Below are positions 1 through 12,404 of a DNA stretch of 64,000 nucleotides, in pieces (position 1 is the stretch's first letter; the number at the start of each line of letters is the position of its first letter). The DNA is taken from the NCBI GenBank assembly GCA_951406725.2, contig OX597819.1:91698001-91762000 (forward strand). Direction: 5' to 3'. The DNA comes from Octopus vulgaris (taxonomy: Eukaryota). The notes below the pieces were generated by a model that was not told where the DNA came from, did no database searches, and saw only the letters and a list, made by a program, of their open reading frames with translations. A program made the position numbers and the translations under genes.

Positions 1-408
1 CACACATATGTGTATATTCGACAGTTTGTCAGATTATAGTGTTGAGTCTAATCAGTAAACCATGTGACAACAATTACGTAATATATTATAATTCACTTTG
101 CACCAAATTATTTAGATTCCAAATCGAAAAATTGATTTTATAACAGACATAGAAATCTGTTTTCATATACAGAATTAATTTGATTATTTGCGATGTAAGC
201 GCATTATGTAATTATGTAATTATGTTTTCTTAAAGAAAATTAGTTATCTTAATGCAAGTTTCACATCTCTTTGCATTATCGATCTTTTCCAAACTTTCGG
301 TAAAGCTGTTTTAAAACACTAATTTCTCAGGCATGGCTGTGTGGTTAAGAAGAAGCTCACTTTGTAACCACATATTTTCGGGTTCAGTTCCACTGCACCG
401 CCGATATA

Positions 409-622
409 TACTCTTTACTCTTTACTAAGTTACTTGTTTCAGTCATTTGATTGCGGCCATGCTGGAGCACCGCCTTTAGTCGAGCAAATCGACCCCAAGA
501 CTTATTCTTTGTAAGCCTAGTACTTATTCTATCGGTCTCTTTTGCCGAACCACTAAGTTACGGGGACGTAAACAAACCAGCATCGGTTGTCAAGCGATGT
601 TGGGAGGACAAACAGAGACACA

Positions 623-673
<51 letters not shown>

Positions 674-823
674 GACGGGCATCTTTCAGTTTTCGTCTAC
701 CAAATCCACTCACAAGGCTTTGGTCGGCCCGAGGCTATAGTAGAAGACACTTGCCCAAGGTGCCACGCTGTGGGACTGAACCCGGAACTATGTGATTGGT
801 AAGCAAGCTACTTACCATACAGC
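409..823 (-). mobile_element. tRNA-derived SINE, family A (CORE-like body, internal microsatellite), near full length
   Basis: Reverse complement has a tRNA-like head (GCTGTATGGTAAG...GGGTTCAGTCCC), a CORE-like CACCTTGGGCAAGTGTCTT segment, an internal (TG)n and a 3' GTAAAGAGTA repeat tail. Many similar copies occur in the window. Confidence 0.9.
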
Positions 824-1368
824 ATATATATATATATATACAAGCACACATTACATATACTTTATGATATATATATATACATATATATTTGTGTATATAC
901 ATCTTATACATACATAAATATTATAATATATATACGTATATGCATGTATATGTATATATATATGTGTGTGTGCGCGTGTGTGTGTATGTATATATATGTG
1001 TGTCTGTGTGTTCCCCCACAATCGGTTGACAACCATTGCTTGTTTGTTCACGTCTCCGTAACTTACCCGATTAGCAAAAGGTACCGTTTTAATAAATACC
1101 AGACCTGAAAAATTAAGTACTGGGGACCAATTGTTCGGCTTCAAGGATTTAGTGAAGGAAGGTAGAAGGTAAAAGAGGAGAATAAGTGGGCGCTGGATAC
1201 AGCTAAAAACAAAGGTCAGTATTATCCAGATATATGTCGTGTAAAAGAAAGATGAGTTGAAATTTTCGATACTAGGTTATAAATTATCGAATACAGCACG
1301 CCGTACATAATTGAAAAAACAATGTCAGATATGCATTGCAGAGCAATACCCTATAACAGCAAATATAA

Positions 1369-1434
<66 letters not shown>

Positions 1435-1569
1435 CACACATATGTGTATATATAAGGATATATGTATATATATATATATATATTTTCCATGTATATATAT
1501 ATGTATATATATATATATATATAAATATACATTTATATATGTATGTATGTATGTATGTATGCATGTATG

Positions 1570-1592
<23 letters not shown>

Positions 1593-1600
<8 letters not shown>

Positions 1601-1712
1601 ATCACGTGACCGACCAGACCATCAGATGTTGTTACACATCGCTGGTCACAATGCGTTCGCATTGTTTTAGCCTTCGAATGACGCCACCCCGCTGGCTAAG
1701 CGAGCAGGCCAA
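1593..1712 (-). mobile_element. SINE family D, 3' fragment between (TA)n tracts
   Basis: Nearly identical to 26821-26905 (GACCGACCAGACCATCAGATGTTGTTACACATCGCTGGTCACAATGCG). Confidence 0.8.
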
Positions 1713-1728
1713 TATATATATATATATA

Positions 1729-2003
1729 GAAAAAAGTCAAGATAGTAAATGCTAAAATAAATTTATAAAAAACTTTCAGTACCGGTTTCGGCCATTGAGG
1801 ACAACGGCCTGGAACCCACAAGAGTAAACAAGGGAGACAGAGACAGGCAGAAACAAGGAAAATGGCCCCTGTATTTGAATACTAAGCAAATATTCTTTTA
1901 AAAGTCTTTTCATTTAAGTTTTCCAAAATTTTATTGTTTTCCATATTTACAGTTGAAAAAGTCTCAATGACCGAAACCGGTACTGAAATGTTTTTTTATA
2001 AAA
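1729..2003. mobile_element. Penelope-like terminal-repeat remnant with inverted arms
   Basis: TTTCAGTACCGGTTTCGGCCATTGAG (1774-1799) is inverted relative to CTCAATGACCGAAACCGGTACTGAAA (1963-1988). The right arm carries a hammerhead-like motif and the segment starts at a (TA)n tract. Confidence 0.5.
1947..1988 (+). ncRNA. Minimal type I hammerhead-ribozyme-like motif, U3:A8 core variant (probably impaired in this copy)
   Basis: CAG-UUGAAAA-AGUC-UCAAU-GACC-GAAA-C-CG-G-UA-CUG: stem I CAG/CUG, stem II GUC/GAC with an A.C mismatch at 10.1-11.1, palindromic ACCGGU stem III, GUA cleavage triplet. Confidence 0.45.
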
Positions 2004-2011
2004 TTATTACC

Positions 2012-2262
2012 TAACATTAATTTTGAGGATCTGATCAAAGACTTTGCAATTGAAAAAAGTAGGAGGAAACTTTTCAAATATAAATAAAGTGGAAGTATAC
2101 AAAAATAAACATTATTTTTCCTCCTGCTGTTTTGTTTCGTTTTGAAAACTAAGAATTTATTTTATGGTTTGTTATTGTTTATATTTTGAATTACATAATC
2201 TTTTATAGGGGCACCAAAGTCTTTTAAGTGCTTAGGGCCTCGATATGTCTCAATCCGGCCTT
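2012..2262 (+). mobile_element. hAT transposon 3' end (transposase C-terminus plus terminal sequence)
   Basis: Translates NINFEDLIKDFAIEKSRRKLFKYK*, matching the hAT C-terminal pattern IDFDDVIxDFAxxKxRK. Ends in AATCCGGCC, the reverse complement of a CAGGGCCGGATT-type TIR. Confidence 0.65.
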
Positions 2263-2291
2263 CTGCTGCTGCTGCTACAACTACTACTACA

Positions 2292-2375
<84 letters not shown>

Positions 2376-2378
2376 ACA

Positions 2379-2450
<72 letters not shown>
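2263..2450. repeat. (CTG)n/(CTA)n compound trinucleotide microsatellite
   Basis: Direct reading of the sequence. Confidence 0.97.
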
Positions 2451-2451
<1 letters not shown>

Positions 2452-2820
2452 GTAAATACGCAAACACATTCACATAATCAAACACCTACACAAACACACA
2501 CATATACATACATACATATACATGCATCTTTTTGAATAGTCAAGGAAGACTATATGTAAAAATATAAATGCTAAAAAATATTAAACTATGAAATATAAAT
2601 ATGAGATACAAGATTATATAATCAAATTAAATAAAAAGCAAAATAAAAGAGAGAGATATAAATGTATCTTCAGAGAAAATATATGTAAACAAAATTAAAA
2701 AATTATAACGTGAAATAAGAACAAAAAGTTTCTAAAGAAAGAGGGAGGAAGATATAAAGAAAATGGAAAAAAACAATGACAAGGAAGGAGAAAGAATATG
2801 GAAAAGACAAAAATAAGAGC

Positions 2821-2876
<56 letters not shown>

Positions 2877-3529
2877 GAGAGCGAGAGAGAGAGAAAGCGG
2901 TGGGAGAGACTAATTTAATTCTCTAGAGAAGCTGAGAAAATATTACATGATATAAGTGAGGTAGTGGTGGGGAGACCAGAAAGGAAAACAAGGAATGGTT
3001 TGAGAGTCAGGCTATTTAAGTAATGTAGAGGTAGGAAGAGATGTCTCCCGATCCTGTAAGAACAGGGTTTGGCGATATACATGATATAGTTTCAAAAAAA
3101 AAAAAAAGAATAAAAATGAAGGGAAGAAAGGATAATAAATGAAAATGATGATACTATAAAAGAGGTGGTAAGAGAAGAAATATATCGAAAGTAAAACTCA
3201 ATATATTTTGTAAAAAGAAATGCTAGTTAACGGTATACGGGTGACAATTCTATACACATTAGACACTATGTAAAAATTCTGATTGTTCTTGGAGGGGTTA
3301 GATAACACAAGAACAAGCAGGGTAACGTATGACAGATTGGTAAATAAACAAAACTCGTTGGAAAGTTCATTAGCATTTTAATCAATATTTCTTAAACAAG
3401 TGAAAAATTGCTTAACTTGGAACGTAAGGTAACACACAATAGTTCCTGTGCAGATTTATTAGCATTTTAAACTTATACAGAAAAGATGACGTACAAAATT
3501 TGTGGGTATTCTTATATTATAGTTTGGTT

Positions 3530-3790
3530 GTTTCTAAGAGGTATTTTCTCTGATGTGGGCGGTTAGAAGTAACAAAATCCAACTTTCAGATAAGCAGTGA
3601 AGGTTTTTGAAGAAGTTTTACAAGTATTGATTCTGAAATTGTCAATAAAGTTATCTTTCAGACTCGAGGCGTATTCTGAGAGAATAATTGTGTTTTTTTT
3701 TCTCTCACTATCTTGTCTGAAGGAATATGTGTATTGATTATATAACGTTTTGAGGGAATTTTCGTATTCACGACTACTATTTCACTTTTG
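3530..3790 (-). mobile_element. Decayed Penelope-like element, C-terminal GIY-YIG region
   Basis: Minus-strand fragments YENSLKTLYNQYTYSFR, KNTIILSEYASSLKDNFID and FVTSNRPHQRKYLL resemble PLE motifs FKxRYxNHxxSF, STELSKYIWxLK and ELxSKCRHxxKYLL. Frameshifted. Confidence 0.45.
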
Positions 3791-3848
3791 GAAATTCAAA
3801 TGCATTTCTACGTAATTATTTTATATAATACACACACACATACATGTA

Positions 3849-3946
<98 letters not shown>

Positions 3947-5062
3947 ATATCCAATATTCACCACTGAGACAGCATTTAATTGGAATTGCATAATATATAC
4001 ATAATATATGCACACTGTCGACAGGCTAATTGCTGCACTATTTTTTTATGATAAAACATGGTAACGTCTCTTTTGGACTTGTGTTAAATACATACCTATC
4101 AGAGAGCGACGAAAGTCCGTTTCAGTCGTGGCCAGCGGGATGCTGGATGCATTTCGGCATTTTAGCGGAGACGTTATCGCAGGACAACTACTACAGTAAC
4201 TGGCATGTTAACAGTGTAAATGCATTAAATATGATACATAGATGGCTATTCAAATTCAATCTCGCATCAATTGCAGGTTACTATTCGCAGCATCGTTGAA
4301 TGTTTTATTCATTTTTTCCGATATCAGAGACCATGGATTCCCAAGTTAAACGTATGAATAAAAGAATGTGTCCACTGAACCAGAACAAAAAATCCTCCTC
4401 TAATTTAAACCTGCCTTTAAAATTATCAATCAGGTCTTACACTTTGAACCACAACAAGGGCCATTCTTAATAATCTTACCATCCTTTAAAAGTTTTAACT
4501 AAAATAATTTTACTAATCTCTAAAAGTCCCAAGCTAATGCAAAACATGAGAGGAGAACAGGAGCATCTCGACCAATGCATAATAACAAACACCGTAACAA
4601 TACCTTTCAAATTCAATCCATACATCTTTGGACGTTTACTTCCTTGTCCACTCACACAATTCTAAGGTCAACTCACCCTCATATAAATTGCAAATCTTTT
4701 CATCCACCTCATAGTTATGAACAGCCCAATCCAAGGCGAAACTCAGAGCAGACAGGAACGAACACACACACACACACACCTAATTACTATTCAACGGAAC
4801 TCAGCTCATCCAAGAAAATTTTAACAGAGACTTTTTAAAACCAAAGCCAAGAGGAACTCAAATGTACCATAATCCGATGATGGCTTTTTTTTACTCTTGG
4901 GTAGTCCTTCAATTTAATGTAAAATTGTTTTTATTATAGCATAAAAAGCAAATAATAATCACAAACACACACACATACACACACACATACACACACACAC
5001 TCACACTCACACCCATGGCTTCTGTAGTATTTCCGTCCACCAAATTTCAGTCGCAAGATATT

Positions 5063-5172
5063 GCGGCGAGCTGGCAGAAACGTTATCACGCCGGGCGAAT
5101 TGCGTAGCCTTTGTCTGTCCTTGTTTGTCCCCTCTATGTTTAGCTCCTTGTGGGCAATAAAGAAATAAGAAA
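5063..5172 (+). mobile_element. SINE family B, internally deleted copy
   Basis: Head GGCGAGCTGGCAGAAACGTT joined directly to tail TTTGTCTGTCCTTGTTTGTCCCCTC...AAAGAAATAAGAA. Confidence 0.8.
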
Positions 5173-6600
5173 TAAGATATTGACCAACTCGAACGCCCAT
5201 GTATTTTTTATGCTACAACTTCGGGATGACGAGTGGCTTGTGACACGCAGTATGAGCGAATACGAAACCATGTGGCTGTGAGACTGGTTTATTTCTCGCT
5301 TGCTTTATCTATTTATATGTTTATATCTATCTTACTCTCAGCCTATTTATCTGACTATATATATATATATATAAAGAGTACTCAGTTAAACAGATAATAA
5401 AGAAAGCCTTAGAAATGAGGGGAGATAGAAAGCAAGCGGGATGGTAGGTATTTACAAATGGCGACAATTCTTGAAAACAGGAAATTAACGGAGAAAGAGT
5501 CGAATATCAGATAGGATTGACTAATTAAGTAAATAGATTTATTGCCTAGCAATCTATAACTGGTGGTGTTACTCACTAGCTTAAGAGAAGTAGCTATTTA
5601 GGATTTGCACGTCTCGTACAATGTAACGTATATCTTCTGCATCATCGTGCAAAAGTAACTCGCAATTTCGTTACCGTCTTTATTTATTTATCTATTTATT
5701 TATCTATTTATTTATTTATTTATTCAATTATATACTTATTCATTTATTTACGTATTTATCTCTACTGTGTATTTGAAATTATCGCAGATATTTATTTTTC
5801 TATTTAATATTGGTATTAATTTTGTTACTTTGATACAAAGAGAAAAAAATACAAATATGAAAAAGAGACAGATAAATAGAGAGAAAGTAAGATAGATATA
5901 AATAAATAAATAAATAAATAGATAAAGCAGAAAAGAAATAAAGAAAGAAAAATCAATTTATCAGTAGGAATTAAAAACAGACAAAATAGAATCTTGTTGG
6001 TTGTTCTGAAGTGATTTTGTTTTTGGTTGCTAAGTGACGATAGCTTTTCGTATGTCGTTTTCCGGGGGAGTAAAGTCAAGACAGAGATATTCCTTCCCGT
6101 TTCAATCCAGATTTCATCTCATCTTTACTGTTTCTAGGATGTCAGAACAATATGGATTTATTATTTAGGTTGCTCTTGTTGTTGCTGTTCAGCCCATGTC
6201 AGTCCTAATCAAACCAATAATTAAATTCATTCCAGCCGTGATTATCTTTCATTCAATATTTCTATCTAGAACAACATTATCACGCGTGTCATTCCTGGTT
6301 TTAAGACAATGGAGTATGTGATGTGAGGGAGAGTTGATGCCATTTCTAGCAAGTCGAGCGACTATCCTAAGAGTTTATTGTTGGCTCGTGCTATTAGGCG
6401 TATTCGTGTGCATTAAGCATTTGTGTTGCACCCACCGGAATTAATTTTGCCTCGAGTATTCCTGGAATTTTCTTTAGGGTTTTGGAGAAGCATTTTCCCT
6501 CTGTAGTTAGTAAAATCTGGAAAATTTGCGTAATCTATTACATGTAATCTAATTGATAATATAACAGCTATTAACGATAAGAAAATAAACAGTATTAGCA

Positions 6601-7435
6601 ATAGACCTATGATGAATGGTCAGTATCGATTAAAGAGACATGTGGTCAAAGGTCAATATCAATTGAAGACACCTATGATCAATATCTAACACAAGTTGGA
6701 CAGACGTATCACCAAAAGATAGCATAAACTGAACAGATCAATTAGCAAAGATTTACATTAAACGAACCGACATATGAACAAGCGTTGGCATTAATTAAGC
6801 AACTGCTTCTTTTTTTTTTACATGGGTCCTACTTACAAATGAAGAGTATTAACTGAGCAGACTTAATATCAATGATCCACATTAATAAAACCGATTTAAG
6901 ATTAAAAATGTGTAATTAATTGAAGAGAACTGTGATCAAAGGAACGCAACAATTGAACAGAGACATGTTCATAGATCTGCATCAATCAAACAAACCTGTG
7001 ATCAAGTGCTGTAATTAATCAAACAATTGTATGGATCAAATATCCGCATTAATCAAATATAGACCTATGAATAAAGCCCTGCATTAATCAAAGAAGGTTA
7101 TGTCCAAAATGTCTGCATTAATCGAATAAATGTTCGCATTATGTCATTATGTCAAAGGTTCACATTATGCCATCACATGTCAGGATTAATGAAACACTCA
7201 TGATCAAAGGTCTGCATTAGCCAAACACATATAATCAAAGCTCCCCAATAATCGATGTAATTTATGACGAAAAGTTAGCTTTAATCGAAACACTTGCGCC
7301 AAGTGTTCGCATTAATCGAATAGACAGCTACTCTGATCGAATTGACTGACCTTCGCCCAATGGTTGCAATTATTCGAACACATTTCTGCATTAATGAAAA
7401 GACCTTTGATCAAACATCCGCATTAACTGAACATT
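6601..7435. repeat. Degenerate tandem array with ~33-bp unit (consensus approx. CAGACCTATGATCAAAGGTCTGCATTAATCGAA)
   Basis: Successive 33-nt units such as CAGACGTATCACCAAAAGATAGCATAAACTGAA, CAGATCAATTAGCAAAGATTTACATTAAACGAA and CCGACATATGAACAAGCGTTGGCATTAATTAAG. GCATTAAT recurs throughout. Confidence 0.75.
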
Positions 7436-8373
7436 AATAATTTACGTGTGTCCTATTCACATACACAATGGAAATATATAAAGGCGTCCACTCTCTCAAA
7501 GAGTTGAAAAAACGCCATAAAGAGAGGATGAAGGAACCCATAACTCCAATTACTTCTGATTCGGGTACTCCTTGACTTCTCCCGACTACAAGCTGCAGTC
7601 AGAATTCGATAATCGGTTTGCTCGTAGGCACCACGTAGCCACTTGCATTCTCTTGATATCAAGATCTTCTCATGAGCAGCACCTCTTTCTCAGCCCTTGT
7701 CTTCCATATCGAGTGATACTTTAAGTAGATGAGATGGTGTTCTTCGGAGATCTGTCCGCAAGCTTTTTTAACAGTATATTCGTACATTTTTCTCTACAGT
7801 TACGCCACAGAACGTTACCTCCTTGGAAAAAAAAAGCAACACCAACAACGACAGCAACAGCAGCCGTTCAAAAATTTGGACCTGGAGATCTCCATTTCCA
7901 GCGACTTCGAGGGCCACCTCCCAGTGGTGTCGGGTGTCAACAAAGAGTCCTCGACTACAACAAGACGACCAAAGTTTTTTTTTTCCAAGGTCTGGGGTCT
8001 CCCGCACCTAAGCCCTAGACCATCACCTAATCACCCTTACCCGTCTTGTTGCTTAACAACAACAACAGCAACAACAACAACAACAACAACAACAAAATGT
8101 TGATGGAGGCGATCTATACAAAATACTCAACTGAGTGATGGATATGTCCTGCACTCAATAACAACCGTTTCACATCTTTCGCTATAGTTACACGACAAAA
8201 GAATACTAACTGCGCCTCCTTGAAAAAAAAAAAAAAAAAAAAAGAAAAAAGAAAGAAAAAGAAAAGAAAAAGTAACAACAAAATGTTGATGGAGGCAATC
8301 TATACAAGATACTCGACTGAGAGACAGATATGTCTTGAACTCAATAACAGCCGTTCTACATAATTCAGTAATC

Positions 8374-8862
8374 GGCGGAATTCTTCCTTACGCACGTCAT
8401 ATAACTAACTCCTCATAACTTTTTTTATTGTTTGGAACTTTCAGAAAAGTTTTGTGAATTTGTGTTCTATACACAGGAAGTCATACGACTATGCAAAAAC
8501 CAAAACAGAAAAGAAAAATTGTGTGATTTAAGGGATTATGTTTAGCACATCAGTTATTTTTAGCACATCTCACGACCTTCTCATTCCTTCCTCGTTTGTT
8601 GGTCACTGACTTATTGATGTTTTTCAATATCTTTTCCCCCATAAACAGATTTAATGGTTTATTGCTAGGATTTAAGCCCAAAAATTCGGACTGCCCATTA
8701 AAAAAAAAAAAAAAATTAATTTCGAAAAATAAAAATAAAAATTTTTAATTTGATTTGTTATAGACGTGTGTAGAACACAAATTTACAAATATTTTTCTGA
8801 AAATTAAAGAACCAAAAAAAGTTATGAGGGGTTATATGGGCTGCTTAAAGTAGAATTCCGCC
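8374..8862. mobile_element. MITE with ~100-bp imperfect TIRs and 8-bp TSD, Merlin-like
   Basis: Ends GGCGGAATTC.../...GAATTCCGCC. The TIR match extends through CCTCATAACTTTTTT and TTTGTGTTCTA. Flanked by CAGTAATC (8366-8373) and CAGCAATC (8863-8870). Confidence 0.8.
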
Positions 8863-9072
8863 CAGCAATCGATGTAACAATATCAAATAACTGTAACACT
8901 ATGCAGAAGCGATCTGAAAAGGCTAAGGAATTAACATCGACCTAGTTACTTAATTAAAACATCACAGCAAATCAGGAATGTGTTAGCTATCCTGTTTGTA
9001 ATTGGCAGAACTTGAATATTGTGTGGTCTCTTCTATAAAGACATTGACATATTACCTATAAAGATATAGAGA

Positions 9073-9632
9073 CCTTTCTACTGTAGGCACAAAGCATGAA
9101 AATTTGGGAGAGGGTATAGTCGATTACATCGATCCCAGTGCGTAACTGGTACTTATTTAATCGACCCCCGAAAGGATGAAAAGCAAAGTCGACCTCGGCG
9201 GAATTTGAACTCAGAACGTAAAGACAGACGAAATACCTATTTCTTTACTACCCACAAGGGGCTAAATACAGAGAGGACAAACAAGGACAGACAAACGGCT
9301 TAAGTCAATTATATCGTCCCCAGTGCGTAACTGGTATTTAATTTATCGACCCCGAAAGGATGAAAAGCAAAGTCGACCTCGGCGGAATTTGAACTCAGAA
9401 CGTAAAGACAGACGAAATACCTATTTCTTTACTACCCACAAAGGGCTAAACACAGAGGGGACAAATAAGGACAGACAAAGGTATTAAGTCGATTACATCG
9501 ATCCCAGTGCGTAACTGGTATTCAATTTATCGACTCCCGAAAGGATGAAAGGCAAAGTCGACCTCGGCGGAATTTGAACTCAGAACGTAACGGCAGACGA
9601 AATACCGTTAAGCATTTTGCCAGCTTGTTGCC
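9073..9632 (-). mobile_element. SINE family B, tandem trimer of ~180-bp units
   Basis: Three copies of CCCAGTGCGTAACTGGTA...GAAAGGATGAAA...GTCGACCTCGGCGGAATTTGAACTCAGAACG, with a B-box GAGTTCAAATTCC on the minus strand. Confidence 0.9.
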
Positions 9633-9915
9633 TTAATAAGGATAATAATGACAATGATGATGATGATGAAAAGTATGATGATGATGATGATGTTGATGAT
9701 GATGATGATGATAAAGCTTGCGAAATACCTGTTAATTTTGCAATGTTCCATTGTTAAACCGAACCTTTGTTTTGATAGCTAGCAGAATTGGGGCAGTGGG
9801 AATTTAAATGTCTTGAACATTAATCTATAAGCAGTTTGGTACTACGGTACGAACTAATTAACCTCTTAGCTGTGTGCTCGACAACATCCCCAATTGATTC
9901 ACCGTTCACAGTCGT

Positions 9916-10081
<166 letters not shown>

Positions 10082-10446
10082 ATCTATCTAACATTAACCC
10101 TTTCTTTCGATGAGTGAATGTTGTTGGAGAATGTGTGCCAAGTGAATACTGAAAACAAAGGTTTAGGCAGCTGAGACTGCAGTGTTAGATGTAAAATGTG
10201 AAATTTATAACACGGCAGTAATGCTTTGGCTGTATCAGTATCTGAAAGGTAAATTTCGTTCTAGCCCCGGCCCAACGCCTGACATATAATCTAGTGTAAC
10301 ATAAAACCTTTCTAGAAGCTTTTGTTCGGTAATTTTAGTTATTGGCAATAGGCCAATTATACACCTACATACACCTACATGAATGTGTGTGCGTATGCAT
10401 TATGTGTCTTTGTGTGTGTGTGTGTGTGTGTGTATGTTTATATATG

Positions 10447-10490
<44 letters not shown>

Positions 10491-10698
10491 GTGTGTGTAT
10501 GTATGCATATATATGTATTTATATATATATATCTATATGTATATATGTCTATATATATATGTATGTGTGTGTGTATGTGTGTGTATGCATATGTGCAAGT
10601 ATATGTATGGAGGTGGGTATTTTATACACCGTTTTGTGATCGACTAGCTCTCTCTCTCTCTTGAGTGTTACTTAGGGAGATTTAAAAAAGGAGGGAGG

Positions 10699-10739
<41 letters not shown>

Positions 10740-10867
10740 TGATCTCTTTTTCTCGTAAATCTTCTTAACTGGAGCTTGCCCCTTATTCTCCCTTTCAAGC
10801 TGCTCTTCCCTCATTTCGACTTTAAGATTATATCTACATGTGTGTGTGCATGTGTATGTGCGTGTGC

Positions 10868-10952
<85 letters not shown>

Positions 10953-10955
<3 letters not shown>

Positions 10956-11327
10956 ATATAAACGGCAGTTTGTCTGTGCGTTTTCTGTGTGTCTGTTTTC
11001 TCGTACCCTCACTCTGACCACGGCTTTCAACCGATTCTGATGAAACTTGACACACACATAGCCCAATGTCATAATTCAAAACTAACGCAGCGAAAATTTT
11101 GAAAAGTTCCCCCAGTTCTGAAAAAATCGATAAATTCGACATGGGGTCGAGAATTAGAAACCCAAACCACAGACCATCTAGGGGACGCAACTCCACCTTT
11201 TTTAACTCTCAAAAAAAATTTACCATCATTTTTTTCCATTTTTTTGCTATTTTTTGGCTATAACTCTCTAAAAATGCTTTATAGTTATTTCCCTTACAAA
11301 CCTGAGCAACGCCGGGCGATACTGCTA

Positions 11328-11328
<1 letters not shown>
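10953..11328 (+). mobile_element. Non-autonomous Helitron inserted in a (TA)n tract
   Basis: 5' TC (TCTATATAAA), 3' CTAG, GC-rich subterminal hairpin CCTGAGC-AAC-GCCGGG shortly upstream of the CTAG. Inserted between A and T with no TSD. Confidence 0.85.
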
Positions 11329-11368
<40 letters not shown>

Positions 11369-11371
<3 letters not shown>

Positions 11372-11606
11372 TCTTTTACTTGTTTCAGTCATTTTACTGT
11401 GGCCATGCTGGAGCACCGCCTTTAGTCGAGCATATCGACCCCAGGGCTTATTCTTTGTAAGCCTAGTACTTATTCTATCGGTCTCTTTTGCCGAACCGCT
11501 AAGTTACGGGGACGTAAACACCAGCATCGGTTGTCAAGTGATGTTGGGGGTACAAACACAGACACACAAACGTATACACACATACATACATACATATATA
11601 CATATA

Positions 11607-11691
<85 letters not shown>

Positions 11692-11843
11692 GACAGATTT
11701 CTTTCAGTTTCCGTCTACCAGATCCACTCACAAGGCTTTGATCGGCCCGAGGCTATAGTAGAAGACACTTGCTCAAGGTGCCACGCAGTGGGATTGAACC
11801 CGGATCCATGGGGTTTGTAAGCAAGCTACTTACCACACAGCCA
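11369..11843 (-). mobile_element. SINE family A, full length
   Basis: High similarity to 409-823, with an internal (TA)/(TACA) microsatellite. Confidence 0.9.
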
Positions 11844-12404
11844 ATCAGATTTGGACGAGAACCTTATAGTATGCGACACATAGTTCATCCTCTTTTATAG
11901 GCTACTGTATGTCACCATACTATTAGAATATACTTTTATTGGATGTACGTCTGGAATATCATAGTACCCATAGATTTTATATAAATAGATGAATAACAAA
12001 AGATGGATTGAACGACATTCTTTATTTAAAATCATTACAGTTATTTCTAGAAACAATTGTAGTGATTTTGAATGAAGAATATCATTCAATCCATTTTTTA
12101 TTACACACACACGCGCGCGCGCGTATGTTATACTCAGTTTGAATCGAAGATTGTGAAACTGTGAAGACAAGAAGTCGTCAGTGGCTCGATAAGAGCCGAG
12201 CGAGGCGTGGTGCGGCTGTTGTCGGTTCGCCTCCAATAAACTAGCCCACCGGTTCGTAGTTCAACCCGTGGAAAACTTTGCTGGTCGGCTTTTGATCTCT
12301 GCTCACATAAGACAACTCACCAGCTTGAAGGGATGCTGTCGTCAAGCCGAGAGAGCTCTAAAAAAACAAAAAAAACAAAACAAACAAAAACAAAAACAAA
12401 ATCT

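Noticed and set aside
451-795. Recurring ORFs such as [25 protein letters not shown]
   Set aside because: Chance translation of SINE family A. The recurrence reflects the repeat, not a gene family.
4030-4299. 89-aa ORF or a minus-strand exon ending at a GTATGT donor near 4095
   Set aside because: No recognisable domain, no good acceptor site and no partner exons.
6601-7435. Possible CRISPR array
   Set aside because: Units are contiguous and degenerate with no constant repeat/unique spacer alternation. There are no cas genes and the context is eukaryotic.
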